A stretch of DNA of 64,000 nucleotides, from positions 13,764,001-13,828,000 of the forward strand of contig OZ336900.1 in assembly GCA_965287045.1 (NCBI GenBank). Reading direction: 5' to 3'. The DNA comes from Carcharhinus amblyrhynchos (Eukaryota). The notes under the pieces were generated by a model. The model did not search any database and had not been told where the DNA came from. It saw only the letters and a list, made by a program, of their open reading frames with translations. A program made the translations under genes and the position numbers. Below are positions 12,235 to 25,199 of this stretch, piece after piece (the first letter of the stretch is position 1; every line of letters starts with the position of its first letter).

Positions 12235-14345
12235 GAGTAATTGAACTCGGAGGTGCTGTTAAAAGCCCCTTGGTGAGTTGCTGCAGTGCACCTTGTAGGT
12301 GGTATGTGCAGCAGATGTGGTGTGCAATGTTGGTTGGAATATTTAAGATGATGGATGAGTGCGAATGACGTTGGCTGTTTTGTTTTGGATGTTGCTGGGC
12401 TGCTTGAATATTGTTGGGGTTGCATTCATCCAGGTAAGTGGAAAGTATTCCATTAGACTTCTGACTTGCACATTGTAGATGAAGGGTCAGGAAGGGAGCT
12501 AGTGGTCACAGAATACTCAGTCTCTGACATGCTATTGTAGCTGCAGGATTTAAGTGGCTTACTCAATTAAGTTTCTGTTCAATGGTAACTTCCAGGATTT
12601 TTAATGTGGAGGGGGGTGGTGGGACTAGGATGGAGGTTGATGATGTTAGTGCTGTCACATGTCAAGGGGCAGATTATAATACTCTCTCATATTGAAAAAA
12701 GTCATCGCCTGGCACTTGTGTCACATAAATGTTGCTTGCCATTTATCAACCCAAGCCTGAATATTGTCCAGGAATTGTTGTATTCAAGCATTGACTACTG
12801 CATCATCTGAGGAATTGTGAATTAAACTAATGTGCAACTTCAGTGATCAGCTCCACTTCCAACTTTATGATTCAGGGAAGATCATTGATGAAACATGTGA
12901 AGATGATTAGGTTCAGCACTCCGCTCTGAGGAACTGCAGCAGAGATGTCTTGGGGCCAAAATGACTGGCCTTCAACACCTTACTTTGAACTAGGAATGTC
13001 TCCAGCTGGTGGAAAGTTTAGCTGCTGATTACCATTTTTGGATTCTTTGGTATCATGTTTGCCAATTACTTCCTTGATGTCAAAGGCAGTCACTTCCTCC
13101 TTCTTTTGCCCATGTTTGTACCAAGGTTGTAATGATGTCTGGAGTCAGGTGCTGTGGGTGGAATCCAAACTAAGTGTCAGTGAACTGAAAAGCACTGTTG
13201 GCAACCCTTCCTTCATCTTGCTGATGATGAGAATGGACTGATGGAGTAATAATTAGTTGAATTGAGTTGAGTTGCAAAAGACTTACCTTGGCAATTTTCC
13301 ACTTTGCTGGGTAGATGTCAATGTTGCATTGGAAGAGCTTGGCGAGGGGCATGGCTAGTTCTGGAGCAAAAGTCATCAATATTACAGTTGGGGTGTTGTC
13401 AGCTTTTGCTGCATCCAGTACATTGTGTTTCTTTACATCAAGCAGATTAAAATAATTGGGCTGAAGACTATCTGACTTGCTGGGCCCTACCCTCATTGAG
13501 GATGGGGATATTCATGGAACAACCTACCACCGTTCACAACATTCATCCTATGGCAGGACTGCAAAGCTTTGATTTTATCTATTGGTTATAGAATGATACT
13601 GCTTTGTCTTTGCTTTTGAACATATAGTCCTTTGTTTTAACTGCACCAGGTTGGCACATCATTTTTAAGTATGTCTGGTGCTGCTTGTGGTATGCCCGGT
13701 GCTGCTTGTGGTATGCCCTTCCACATTCCTCGTTAAACCAATGTTGATTTCCTGGCTTTAAGATGCCAGTAAAATGAGGGAAATGCCAGACCATTAAGTT
13801 ACCAATTGTAGAGGAATTTGGTTCTGCTGCTGGTCCACAGCAACTCATGGATACCCAGTTTTAACCTGCTAGATCTGATCTGAATCCAGCACCTTTAGCA
13901 TATTAGTGGTGCCACACAACACAAGATGTGACTTTGCCTCTACAGAAGCTGTGTGGTAGTAACACCTACCAGTAGTATTATGGATAGCTACATGTATATA
14001 AGTTGATGAGGAGATCTGAGTTTTTCCCTCCTGTTGATTATCTCACCACTTGTAAGAAGCTCAGTCTGGGAGTTGATCAGTAGTGTTGCTATGGAGCCAC
14101 TCATGATGATAGACACTGGTTCTTGACACAGAGTATGCTCTGCGTCCTTGCAATTTTTAGTACTTTGTACAATTGGTGTTCGAAATGGAAAAGTACTGAT
14201 TCATTAGCTGAGGGAGTCAAGTTGGTCGTATCAACAAAAAAGTTTCCTTGTCCATGAGAACCTTATGGTATAGAGCCAATGTTGAGGATTGCCTGAGCCA
14301 TTCCTTCCATCTGTATCGTACAATGTTGCCATCAGGAAGAATATA
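12235..14345 (-). mobile_element. Degraded CR1/L2-group LINE ORF2 (second family)
   Basis: APELAMPLAKLFQ...IYPAKWKIAKV and KPGNQHWFNEEC motifs; many stops and frameshifts; internal 21-bp tandem duplication near 13677-13718. Confidence 0.8.
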
Positions 14346-17300
14346 CCTCAGAATGATATTATGACCAGTTAAGAGGGAGTGTACTGGCTTCCCTCCACAC
14401 AATCTCCTCAGCTGGTGACAACAAAGGTTTGGGTTTCTTTTTCACAAGGATTTGCCTTTCCAGATCAGAATGTATTTAACTATTTAAACTGTGATCAATA
14501 AGGAGCCAATCAAAAAAGGTTTGAGTCAAAGAAAAAGAGCAAATTTATTAATCACAAAACCACTTTGCTGGGTAGATATCAGTGTTGTTGTATTGGAAGA
14601 GCAAAAACAAAAACAGGATCACACACACACACACAATGTTGTGTTCAATTTGGGTTGGCTGGTTTCTGGAATGTGGTCAGATGTAGAAGATATCGTCATT
14701 ACTACAAGATCTTGGTTTACTGGTAAATTCCTGTTAGAGTTGACTTCTCAAATGGGTAACACTTATCCCAGAAAGCAGAAGGGGGAAGAGAGACAGAGAG
14801 AGAGAGCAGCCTTTAGCCTGTTTTCTCTTCTGAAGACTTTCTTGACACCACTTGTACTTGTGTCATTTGCAATTGGGCACTAGTGGCTGGGAAGTCTTTC
14901 CTCAAAATATTTTTTCTGTGGTGAATTTCCAGAATGTTGGCCAGGACTTTCCCAAAACAAAACTAAGTGTCCGATGGAGGGGAAAATGTGAGTATTTCCT
15001 GCCTGTTATTTGGTCATACTTACCAGAATGAATCTCCAACACTGCAATGCAGACTGCCTCAACATGACTCTAAAAAGTAGGGGGTGGGATCTATTCCCAC
15101 CCAAGAGGCCAGCAACATACTGTTGAGTGGGCCACTATACATGCATCAAACTGTCAGTGTGGAGATTGGCACTAGTGCACTGGTCCCAATTGCCGGCCTT
15201 CCCAATCAGTGCCCCACCCCACCTGATCACTGGCCTACCAGACACCCCCGTAGGTCAGCCTCCGCTAGTTGATCATTAGTAGCTATCTGCCACTTTTGGT
15301 TGGGTTACCCTCTCATAACACCCTCTCTCATCCCACTTGTACAAAAATAGCCTGGGGACAGGACAGAACCATAGAACTAGATGTAGACCATTGGCAGAAA
15401 GCTCTCTGCCTGCCCACCTCCATTCCAAGCCCCATATATTAAATCACTCATTTTCAGTGATGTGGCATGGATTTTGCAATTCCCCTCTGATTGCTGAGAT
15501 GGACATTGAGCTAGAACAGAATGAACTTTAAATTTAACTTGGCCAAATGGCATTTTCAGAATAATGACTGGTAGTAGATGTCTAAAGTATTCATTTTTTT
15601 GATTGACTGAAATATCCTGCACATTTCTCTCTTTGCAAATGGAAAATCTGCAAAAGGTGGATTAGGATTCCATTGTTGCCTTCCAATTTTTCTTCAAAAT
15701 TCATCTCCAACATTTATTCCTATGTTATTATTCTCCATATGTTCAGTATAGAACTGAGACTGAGCCATGCAAAGGAAAAATGTTCAGTTTACCTCCTGTC
15801 AATAGCCTTCTGGCCAGAGCCTTTTACCTTTGAGAGCCTATCTACAATTTTTAGTTGGATGGCAAAGCCACTCTCTGGCCACTAATTGGTAAATTTGGGA
15901 AAAATTATTTGATTCCCATGGTATGGGCTTCTGACCCCCATTTGGGCCTTGTAGTAGGGTCCTGAAGTCTGCAGGAAAGTCCGGTCTACTGGAATTTACA
16001 ATCTGCTTCTTCTGTAGGGGATTGTTCACATGCAATCTTACACACTGGTCAAATACCGAAGTCAAGGGATTGGAGCCAATATCCTGACACGCTGTCAATT
16101 TTAGTCTCAAACCTCTGCTGCTCCAAAACCCACATGTTCCTGCAATTTAAAATTCTGCCTAAACTATTTAATCAGAAGCACAATGGGCACCCCATACTGC
16201 AGCAATTTGAACGTTTTAGATTTCACACATCAGCCATCTTTCAGATTTCCCTGAGCAAAATTGCAAATATGTATTAAATTTTGAAAACCTCTCTTTTGTG
16301 GGCCTGAACCATGAGCAATGGTATTGATCATGTTAAAACTTGTTTCACATCATTTCCTTACATTTGGCACAGCAAGAAAGAATATTTCAATCTGCCTGGG
16401 TTAGTTTCAAACCTAGATCCAACAAACAAAAGGATATTGTTTAACTTGATGTCTCACCCTATAATATTAACCTTTTTGTTTTAGCAATTTAGTGTTATCA
16501 TCATTGGATTCCAATGTAGAAAATTCATAGAACTAAGTCAAAAGACTTGGATGAACACCCATCAATTTAGCTTTTCCAGAGTTTGTAAATGATTATTTTC
16601 TCAAAAATAATAGATTTTATATCAGATATACTCATATAGAAGCAGTATGGCATTTATACAACTAATTCAATCAAAACCTAGAAGGCAGAATTTAATGAAA
16701 CCCATGTGGGTTAGGAGGTGGGGAACTTTACTTGCGGGGGCTGGAAGAGTACAGGAATGAAGACCCCATTGCCTTCCTGCCTCCTTATGGACGACCTTCC
16801 CACCCAGATGCTAATTGAGGTCCTGAAGTCAGGCCTCATCCTGCCACCACTGACATTTGCAGAAAATTACCAATCCAGGAGGCCAAAAAGCAACTCTGCT
16901 GTGACCTTTGTTGCGGAGGTGTGTTCCATCATTCAAAGGCATTCAGTGCCTGAAACCCAGCCTCAGGAAAAGGGTGCCACCGAGAACCATTTGTTCCCCT
17001 GCCTTTTCTTCTGACCTCTTCCCTTCTATCCCGCCACCCTCCAGGACATAGACCGCAGCAGTTCAAAAAGGCAGCTCACTGCCACATTCAAGGGCAATTA
17101 TGGATGGACAATAAATGCTGGCCTAGCCAGCAACACCCACATCCCATGAACAAATATATTTTAAAAAATTCACTTAGTTCAAGAAAACGGCCACAGATCT
17201 TTGCAATCAATGAGAACAGTATATTTGTCAACTTCCTGGGGAATTAAAGTTTACAAATGTATTCATTAATGTTGATAGAAATGAATGATTTGATGTACAA

Positions 17301-17807
17301 ATCCACTCCTGATATACAGCACATTACCTATGGTTTCTCCAGATTCATAATAAGCCTATTATCTTCCTCAATCAGTTGTAGGTCTGCCTGGGCATGTTCT
17401 TCAAGTGCACCATCTCTATAAATATGAATTAATGAATGAGCTCCTCACAAACATTGTTCAGAGCACACATTCTGTTTCAGTCAAAGGGCTTTGTCAGAAA
17501 AATGATATGCATGCTTGCATTCAGATCTTTTGTGATATCAATCATTCCTACAAAGAGACAGAAAAATCTTGGTATAAAAACACAGCCTTGCTAAATCCAC
17601 TGTCGATACTAAAATGATCCAGAAAGGATTCCATCCATGAGCTTTCTGCTCATGTAGTTAGTAAACTATCCCAAAATATTTTTCTGTATATCAAATTACT
17701 TTAGTTTCCACAACCCAAATTATTAACAATGACAAATACTGCAGAGATCCATATTCTGTTTTCTCTGTTATTCTTGCATTTGATATACAATGAAAATCAT
17801 GATAATT

Positions 17808-18092
17808 GCAGTGGCACAGTGATCAGCACTGCTGCCTCACCACGCCAGGGACCAAGGTTCAAATCCAGTCTTGGGTAACTGTGTGGAGCCTGCACGTTCT
17901 CCCCATGTCTGCTTTGGTTTCCTCCGAGTGATTCAGTTTCCTCTCACTCCGAAAGATGTGCTGGTTAGGTGTATTGGCCATGCTAAATTTTCCCTCAGTG
18001 TTCCCGAACAGGCGCTGGAGTGTGACAGCTAGGGGATTTTCACGATAACATCATTACAGTGTTAATGTAAGCCTACCTGTGACACTAATAAA
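17808..18092 (+). mobile_element. tRNA-derived V-SINE, tail type B
   Basis: A/B-box head (gtggcacagtgatcagcac; ggttcaaatcc), core tgcacgttctccccatgtct, tail cagtgttaatgtaagcctacctgtgacactaataaa. Confidence 0.85.
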
Positions 18093-19016
18093 CGTTAAAA
18101 AATAGTGTTCATTGTCTTCTGAAACAACTCTACACTTCTGAAGTACATTTTGTACATTGCAGATGAGAATACTACTGAGGAGCTTCCTGGCCAGATTCTT
18201 CCTGACAATTATTACGGAAAGGAGAGAGACGGTGGGATAGCTTTTCCACAAGTAGCTGCAGGCAACTTCAAAAGAGCCAAGTGCTTTTCAGTTCCTCCTT
18301 TGTGTAAACACAGAGGTTAGAAACAGCGGGGGTGGGGGCAGGGGGGTACTTGTGATGCATTCAAACAAGGTAAATAAACACAGCTGAGCAAAATACTGAC
18401 TAAAAACCGAGTAAAAGCTGTGAATTAAGAGTTAAAAAGGATTGGACTGAAATTGAACGGAAACAAAGGTTTTCAAAGGGTCGAAAGGTATTTCAAAGAC
18501 TCTGAACTTTCTGTGAAGGCTCAGAGACTTGAAACAAATGCAGTGTTAAAACAATGAAGCTGAACAAACAGCTGCAGAACTGGGAATTCCACAACCCCCT
18601 GTCCCCAATGAAAATGATTGCTTTCTGACAGTCAGAGGACTTCAATAGGGTCTGCTCATAACTGCAGCTTCTGTGAGAGAGAAAGGGAAATCCCTGATGC
18701 AAAATGGACCACTGCTGTGACTCAAAAGCCTGCCAGCTGACATAGGGACATGGAGATTAAAGTGATCTAACCACTTCAGAGTTCTCACAGATGATGAGCA
18801 TCTGTGAGATGTTGATGTTGACCTCAGATCTGCCTGAGAATCACCATACCTGGGGTGATCTTTAGGTCTGCTAGGACTAGAGGAGGCAGCCCAGCAATGG
18901 GACTGCCATCCCAGGAACAGTGCTGAAATCAACCTCTGATCCCAGACCAGGCCCACCCAATCCCCAGCCTAACAGTGGCAGAGAGCACATGGGCATTGGA
19001 CTTACCTTCTTGACCT

Positions 19017-19021
19017 TCCCC

Positions 19022-19052
<31 letters not shown>

Positions 19053-19061
19053 CACCCCCCC
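19017..19061 (+). repeat. Poly-C tract (poly-G on minus strand)
   Basis: About 45 nt, almost all C. Confidence 0.9.
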
Positions 19062-19076
19062 TCAGGGTCCACATGT

Positions 19077-19353
19077 GGGGTGGCACTGTAGCACAGTGGT
19101 TAGCACTGCTGCTTCACAGCACCAGAGACCCGGGTTTAATTCCCAGCTTGGGTCACTTCTGTGTGTAGTTTACATGTTCTCCCTATGTCTGAGGGTTTCC
19201 TCTGGGTGCTGTGGTTTCCTCTCACATTCTGAAAGACGTGCTTGTTAGGTGCATTGACCTGAACAGGTGCCAGACTGTAGCAACCAGGGGAATTTCACAG
19301 TAACTTCATTGTGGTGTTAATGTAAGCCTTACTTGTGACTAATAAATAATAAA
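19077..19353 (+). mobile_element. tRNA-derived V-SINE, tail type B
   Basis: cacagtggttagcactgctgc head; tail gtgttaatgtaagccttacttgtgactaataaa. Confidence 0.85.
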
Positions 19354-22050
19354 GCTTCAAAATATAAAACCAGACATCAGACCAGGGTGTCACTACCAGG
19401 GACCGGGAGCAGTGCATTGTTGGCACTGCCAAGGCATGGGGTCTGAGTGGGTTACCCTCGTGCCTGTATTGTGTGGGGGTGTGACCCTTTGAGTGATGGT
19501 GGGGGTTTGGGTGGGGAGGAAAGGATGCCCCTCTTTGTTGAGGGTTTACTGGCTCCACTGGTCAATGGAAGGGGGGGGTGGAAGAGCGGGTCACCATTTT
19601 GATTTATGACATGATGATCTTAGCATGTTTTCCTTTTCCAAGAAGGACAAAATTTCTGCAACCCATTTCTATGAACTCCTTTTCCTTAAAACATTGGTTC
19701 TTTTGTTTGACTTCTCACTTGCCTGATGCATTATGTATCTCCTCAATTTTTGTTGATACCTGACCAAGTAGACTAGTATCATAGCATGACAAGTGGTTAA
19801 AACACAGTAGACCTAGAGATTAGTTTGTACTTGAAAACGGGGATGTGCATATTTATGCACATGCTAGAACAATATGAAATTCTTGTAGGGGCTCATTATA
19901 ATGAGTCAGGCTTGCATGTTCAAATTTTCCTTCTCCATCTCCTACTTAGGCCATTTATGCCGATTGTAAGCAATAATGCTCCTGTAATAAATATCTGCTA
20001 TACAGTCACATATTGCAATATACTGGTCTCTGAATCAGAAATGACAGCAATGGCGTTGATGGCTTATGTGTCACGATGGTCAGAAGAACTGTGATTTCTG
20101 TCCTTTTTTCCTGTATTTTGTCATTTCTTAATGTTAAGTAATGAAAGAAACAGGACAAAATAAAATGTTTCATTCTTCACTCTTCAGTGATACAACTTAC
20201 CAAAGACACAATGGCATTCATGGAAGCATGCAACATCTGCAAATCAGTGAACTAAGAAATCAAAGGCAGTGATCTGAGTGACTGTTATAAACAGAAGACT
20301 TTGTAACATTGTATGCACAAACGTAAGCAGTTGCCTTTCTTTGGTAATGAAGTCCCAGTGACTGTTATAGCTCATAAATTGTTGGAAATTCTATGAATGG
20401 ACAAACTAAGTCATCACATTAATTTTTTTGGAGAGAGGACAAACTTATTTCAAGAGTTCTGGAGACCCATTTGCAGCAGGCATTGCTCATCCCATGGTTC
20501 CCAGACTGTATAATTTTCAACTATAATTGACTAAAGTTCAAGGTTGCATTGCACTTTAGATAAGCAATTGTACTCAATTTCTCTACCTGGCTCCAATAAG
20601 TTCCTGATTGTTTCTACATTGCTGAAGGAAAGTCCTGAACGAGAAACTGGTGCTCTCTCGCAGACTGGGAAGGAGAGGCTTTGCTAGTCTGCAATTTAAT
20701 TTCCAGAAGGTGGTTGAAGAATGGCATTAAGTATGTGAGAGCAAATTGATGTCCGCCCTCTCAGCCACAGGAGATATTTGATTAATCAGGGCATGCATGA
20801 GGAGAGAAGATGAACAAATACAACTTCATGAAAAAAATGGTACTCATTTATTTTTTCCATTTGACTCTTATAGAAGCTTTCCTAATCTTCCATTCAATCT
20901 AACAATTCATGACATAAATATAATCTTTTGGCATTTCACTTATCATGCAACACCCTTACTTAATCATCTCCCTCCTCATTTCTGATTTAAATAGCTTTGA
21001 CTATCTGAGAAAATGACAGTAAAATCACATTAGCAACTTTGCTGTCGTTGTTTCCTTTACTGCTTTGGCTAATGTTGTCTGTGGAATGTATTTTTTTGGG
21101 TGGAGACAATTACAGTGGAAATTGTTATTTTAGATTTTGTGTTTGCAAGTGAAAACAGCAATTGGCTAAAAAAAATCTCTTGAACTTAATATTATCGATA
21201 CATTTTTCAGTGGATTATCAACTGAGGGATATTGAAATAATTTTTGACAGGAAGGATTTAGAAATGAGTTGCATTTGAGTGGTATGTTTTAAATTAAAGT
21301 TGATTCACATAAGTCTATGGCTGCAGCCAGTAAGACAATGAGAAATCTAGATCGTAATGAGCCAGGTATTGAATATGTGTTTTCAGAAGGACTGGGCCCA
21401 ATAGCTAATTTGATAGCTTGTCCCAGACTTTCTGTGAACATCCACATCAGTTATCATTGCAATGACCTATTCATTTAAACCCAGTTTGGGATGTCTGCCG
21501 ATAATCCACTGATGTGGAAGGGATACAGCTGGTCTAATTGACAAGTCTATTGGCAAATCAGTGAAGAGAACATAGGGAGATAGCCCATCCGCTTCCTGTG
21601 GTCAGAAGTGGCAAGTAGAGAAAAATCCATCTCCACAGTTGTTTGGTTGGAGTAAGCTGCTGTGAGAAAGACCTAAACAGTTTATTGCAAGATTCTGACA
21701 AAGCCTGTGCAATTTGGTCTGCTTAAAACTAGACTGACAAGAGCAAGTATTACTCCACTGACTAATGATGGGCAAATTGCTCTACGTTTCCTCCTTTCTA
21801 AGATGGGATTTGAAGCTAAATGAAGTAAGTTATAACTGACACTATACGTTTGTTTACTGTCTGAACAAATAAAGCAGTTGAATGATTTATATCTGATCTC
21901 ATCTGACTAGTGTTTTCAATTTGCCATTTGAAAGAAGCACATTTGAAGACAAGAAAGAAAGAGTTTGTTTATAAAGCACCTTTTGTGACCTCAGGGGGAT
22001 ATCTTAATTCACTTCGCATCTTCCATTTTTGAAGCATGGTCATCATTGTA

Positions 22051-22408
22051 AGAATCATAGAATCCTCTCAGTGCAGAGGAGGCCATTCAGCCCATTGAGT
22101 CTGCACTGATTCTCCGACAAAATATCTCACCCAGGCCCTCTTCCATATCCTACTCCTGGAACCCCACACATTTCCCATGGCTAATCCATCTAACCTACAC
22201 ATCTTGGGTCACTAAGGGGCAATTTAGCACAGCCAATCAACCTAGCCTGCACATCTCTGGAGTGTGGGAAGAAACAAGAGTACCTGAAGGAAACCCATGC
22301 AAACGCGGGGAGAATATACAAACACCACACAGACAGTCACCCAAGGCTGGAATTGAATCTGAGTCCCTGGAGCTGTAAGGCTTCACTGCTGACCACTGTG
22401 CTACCCTC
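22051..22408 (-). mobile_element. HE1 SINE with HER1/CR1 tail (type A)
   Basis: Reverse complement of head, core and ...ctatgattct tail. Confidence 0.85.
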
Positions 22409-23447
22409 AGGAAAGCATTTAGAAGTAGCAATATCCAGTTTAGATCACTGGAAGAAAACATTTTTATATCTCCAGATTATGCTAACATATGATTAGCTAA
22501 CGGACAATATTCTTGCACTCCTAAATGCAAGACATGTAGGCCATTTATATATGTGACCACCACCACTGAACCCAGGAAAAAATTCAAGACAGACTTGAAA
22601 ATACAACAATGATATGAATATCTCATGCATTGGACTTTCATTTGAAATTCCCCTTCCTGCTATTTTAGCAGAGGCAATTATCCTTCTTTGCTAATCAGAC
22701 TGGAAACTTTGTTAAAATAGCAATGAAGGAAAACTCAGATGAATGCATTAAAGGTTCAGACAACAGCAGCACACTGCATATCATGACTTAGATGATTTCA
22801 CTTGAAGTTCAAAAACTACAAAACAAAATCTAACTGCATAAATGATGTAACCACCCCACTCTTTACAGAGTAAATATTAGGTCAAAAGGAAAAGAGGAAT
22901 TCCATAATCCCATAAAGGGCAACATTACAATCCTGCAACATCAATCCATTTAAGTGGGACCTTTTATCTCCATATGATTCAGCTCAATCCCAGGGAACAA
23001 ATCCATTCAACCCCTAAACAGTATGCTAACTTCAGCATGTGCAAAACTATAATATCAGTCTGATATATACTATTCTATAAGTGCCAAATGTTTAGTGACT
23101 TCACAAGGGCGGTGTACTCTTTAAAAAAAATAATTTTACCATTCATGTCAATTGCTTTGGAGTGATAAGATAAAAGCCTGGCTCCTTGTTGTTGTGGGCA
23201 TGAGCTGAGTTAGACCTGCCCCGATCCTTGTCAACATAGATGCATTGTACGCAAGTGCCCTTTTTCTTGATTCTGTCTCACCAAGGAAAGCTAAAGTATG
23301 TCTGGAATAATAAATAGCAAATTGTTGTACTGCTGTATAGAGGGTGGTCATCCCATGTTGTGGCTGAGATATACCGTAGTACAAAGGAGAGGAAGCATTA
23401 TTGCACATGTAACCATGCTATGTTTCTAATTATTGGACTTCAATTTT

Positions 23448-23745
23448 GGGCAGCATGGTGGAACTGTGGTTAGCACTGCTGCCTCACAGCGCCAAGGACC
23501 TGGGTTCAATTCTGGCCTCGGGTCACCGTCTGTGTAAAGTTTGCACATTCTCCCCACGTGCCGGTTTCCTCCCAGTGACCAGCAGGGTAAATTTTGGAGT
23601 TAGGGGTGTGAGTGGGATTATGGAGTTGGGAGAATAGGGCCAGGGTAAATATGTGGAGTTACAGGGATAGATCTTGGGTGGGATTGTAGTTGGTGCAGAT
23701 TCTATGGGCCAAATGGCCTCATTCTGCACTGTAGGGATTTTATGA
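23448..23745 (+). mobile_element. HE1 SINE (type A), internally deleted
   Basis: gtggttagcactgctgcctcacagcgccaaggacctgggttcaattc; tail gggccaaatggcctc...gtagggattttatga. Confidence 0.85.
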
Positions 23746-25199
23746 GAAAACCCAGAGTGCTATATACTAATGATGGGTTTGCCAAATGCAAGTATTGGCT
23801 CAAAATCTGTAGTTATTAAAAAAAACTTAAAACACAACATTTATCCAGTTTAGTTATACTGTTACAATCCCTATAAAGACTATTAACTTTTAAAACTGAA
23901 TTTGAATTCCAAGTTATTAACCAAAAAGACCACACAACAGTATTTAACTTTTAAAAATTAATTTTACTCTATGGAAGTATCAAACAAGGCAAACAGTACT
24001 AATTAAACACTACCTTAGGTTATCAATTATATGTTGCAATCAAAAAACACAATAAGTACCTGATATCCTTAACTGAAGATGCCTTTTCCACTTTGACACC
24101 CCTCAAGGTCTTTGGCTACTTATCAGACTCTTAAAGGTTCCTTCACTTCCTTGGGACTAATTCCAAACTTTTCCACAGCTGCCTTGTGAGGCCTGAAACC
24201 TTTCAGCTCATGCCTGAACTTCACTTGCAATTCATGTGCAGTGACTTAAATTGAAAAGTAGAAACATTCCTGATTCTAATAGATCAATCTCCTGATCCAC
24301 TGCTCTTGACAAATTATTTTCCACTGCCCTCTTCAAAGTGAACTATTTTTCGCAATGTGCGTTACCGTAGATTTCTTCTTCTAGCTCCAAGCTAGGTAAA
24401 TCTTGTAGCCTCCTTTCCTCTCACAGATTCTGACTCTAAGATGAGCGTGAACACCCACCTGTATCCCATGTGGTGAACAATAGTTAACATTTTCCCTGCT
24501 TAAGGTCTGGTTATTTATCTTATTTGTTTCCTTAAATCTCAATCTTTTTCCAGGCTGAATTGCTTGTTTCTGTGAACAAAAACACAGATAAACCCTGCAT
24601 AAAGGACAGTTGCCTGAAAACCATCTCCGTGGCAGTGCGGCATTTCCAGGATGTTTCGAACTGAAATTTAAACTAATTATCTCTTGTCTTCAAAATAACA
24701 CTTTGGCCGGAAACTTACCGTCATTCATGCTGATGGGATTTTCCCATCCCACTGTAGTGAACAGAGATTTGGCAGCCAGCACATTCTCCAACCTTGTTGC
24801 AGCAGGACTGTGGCGTAAACAATAGGTAAGATCGCACCTTTTGATTCTATGACCCACATAAATAATTTATATTTCTAATCGACTTAGTTAGTGGCCCTTT
24901 TTTCAGACATGTTGATTCAAGCAAGAAACTCCTTTGTTTAGGTATTCTCACTTCCAACCATAGCCTTATTAACCAAGCACAGGGTAACCTTTGAATTACC
25001 ATCACTTGAGGCGGTCTGGCAATTTTAATTATTATACTCTTACAACTTTAAGCTTCCCAAATCTAAGTTACCTCTGAAATATTAATATAAACCATGAAAA
25101 TAGATGATTATGGCAATACACATATCTAACACTGTACCTGCCTTCAATACAAAATGCCAAGTCATTCCTTCACAGTCCTTTTTGGTATAAAAACACATT

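Noticed and set aside
11862-12425. 187-aa ORF as a real gene
   Set aside because: It is a chance read-through across a LINE fragment, a SINE and an RTE fragment.
23860-25045. Further solo-LTR candidates (also ~14360-14930, ~31460-32266, ~34980-35860)
   Set aside because: They have LTR-like texture and TG starts, but I could not fix both termini and a TSD.
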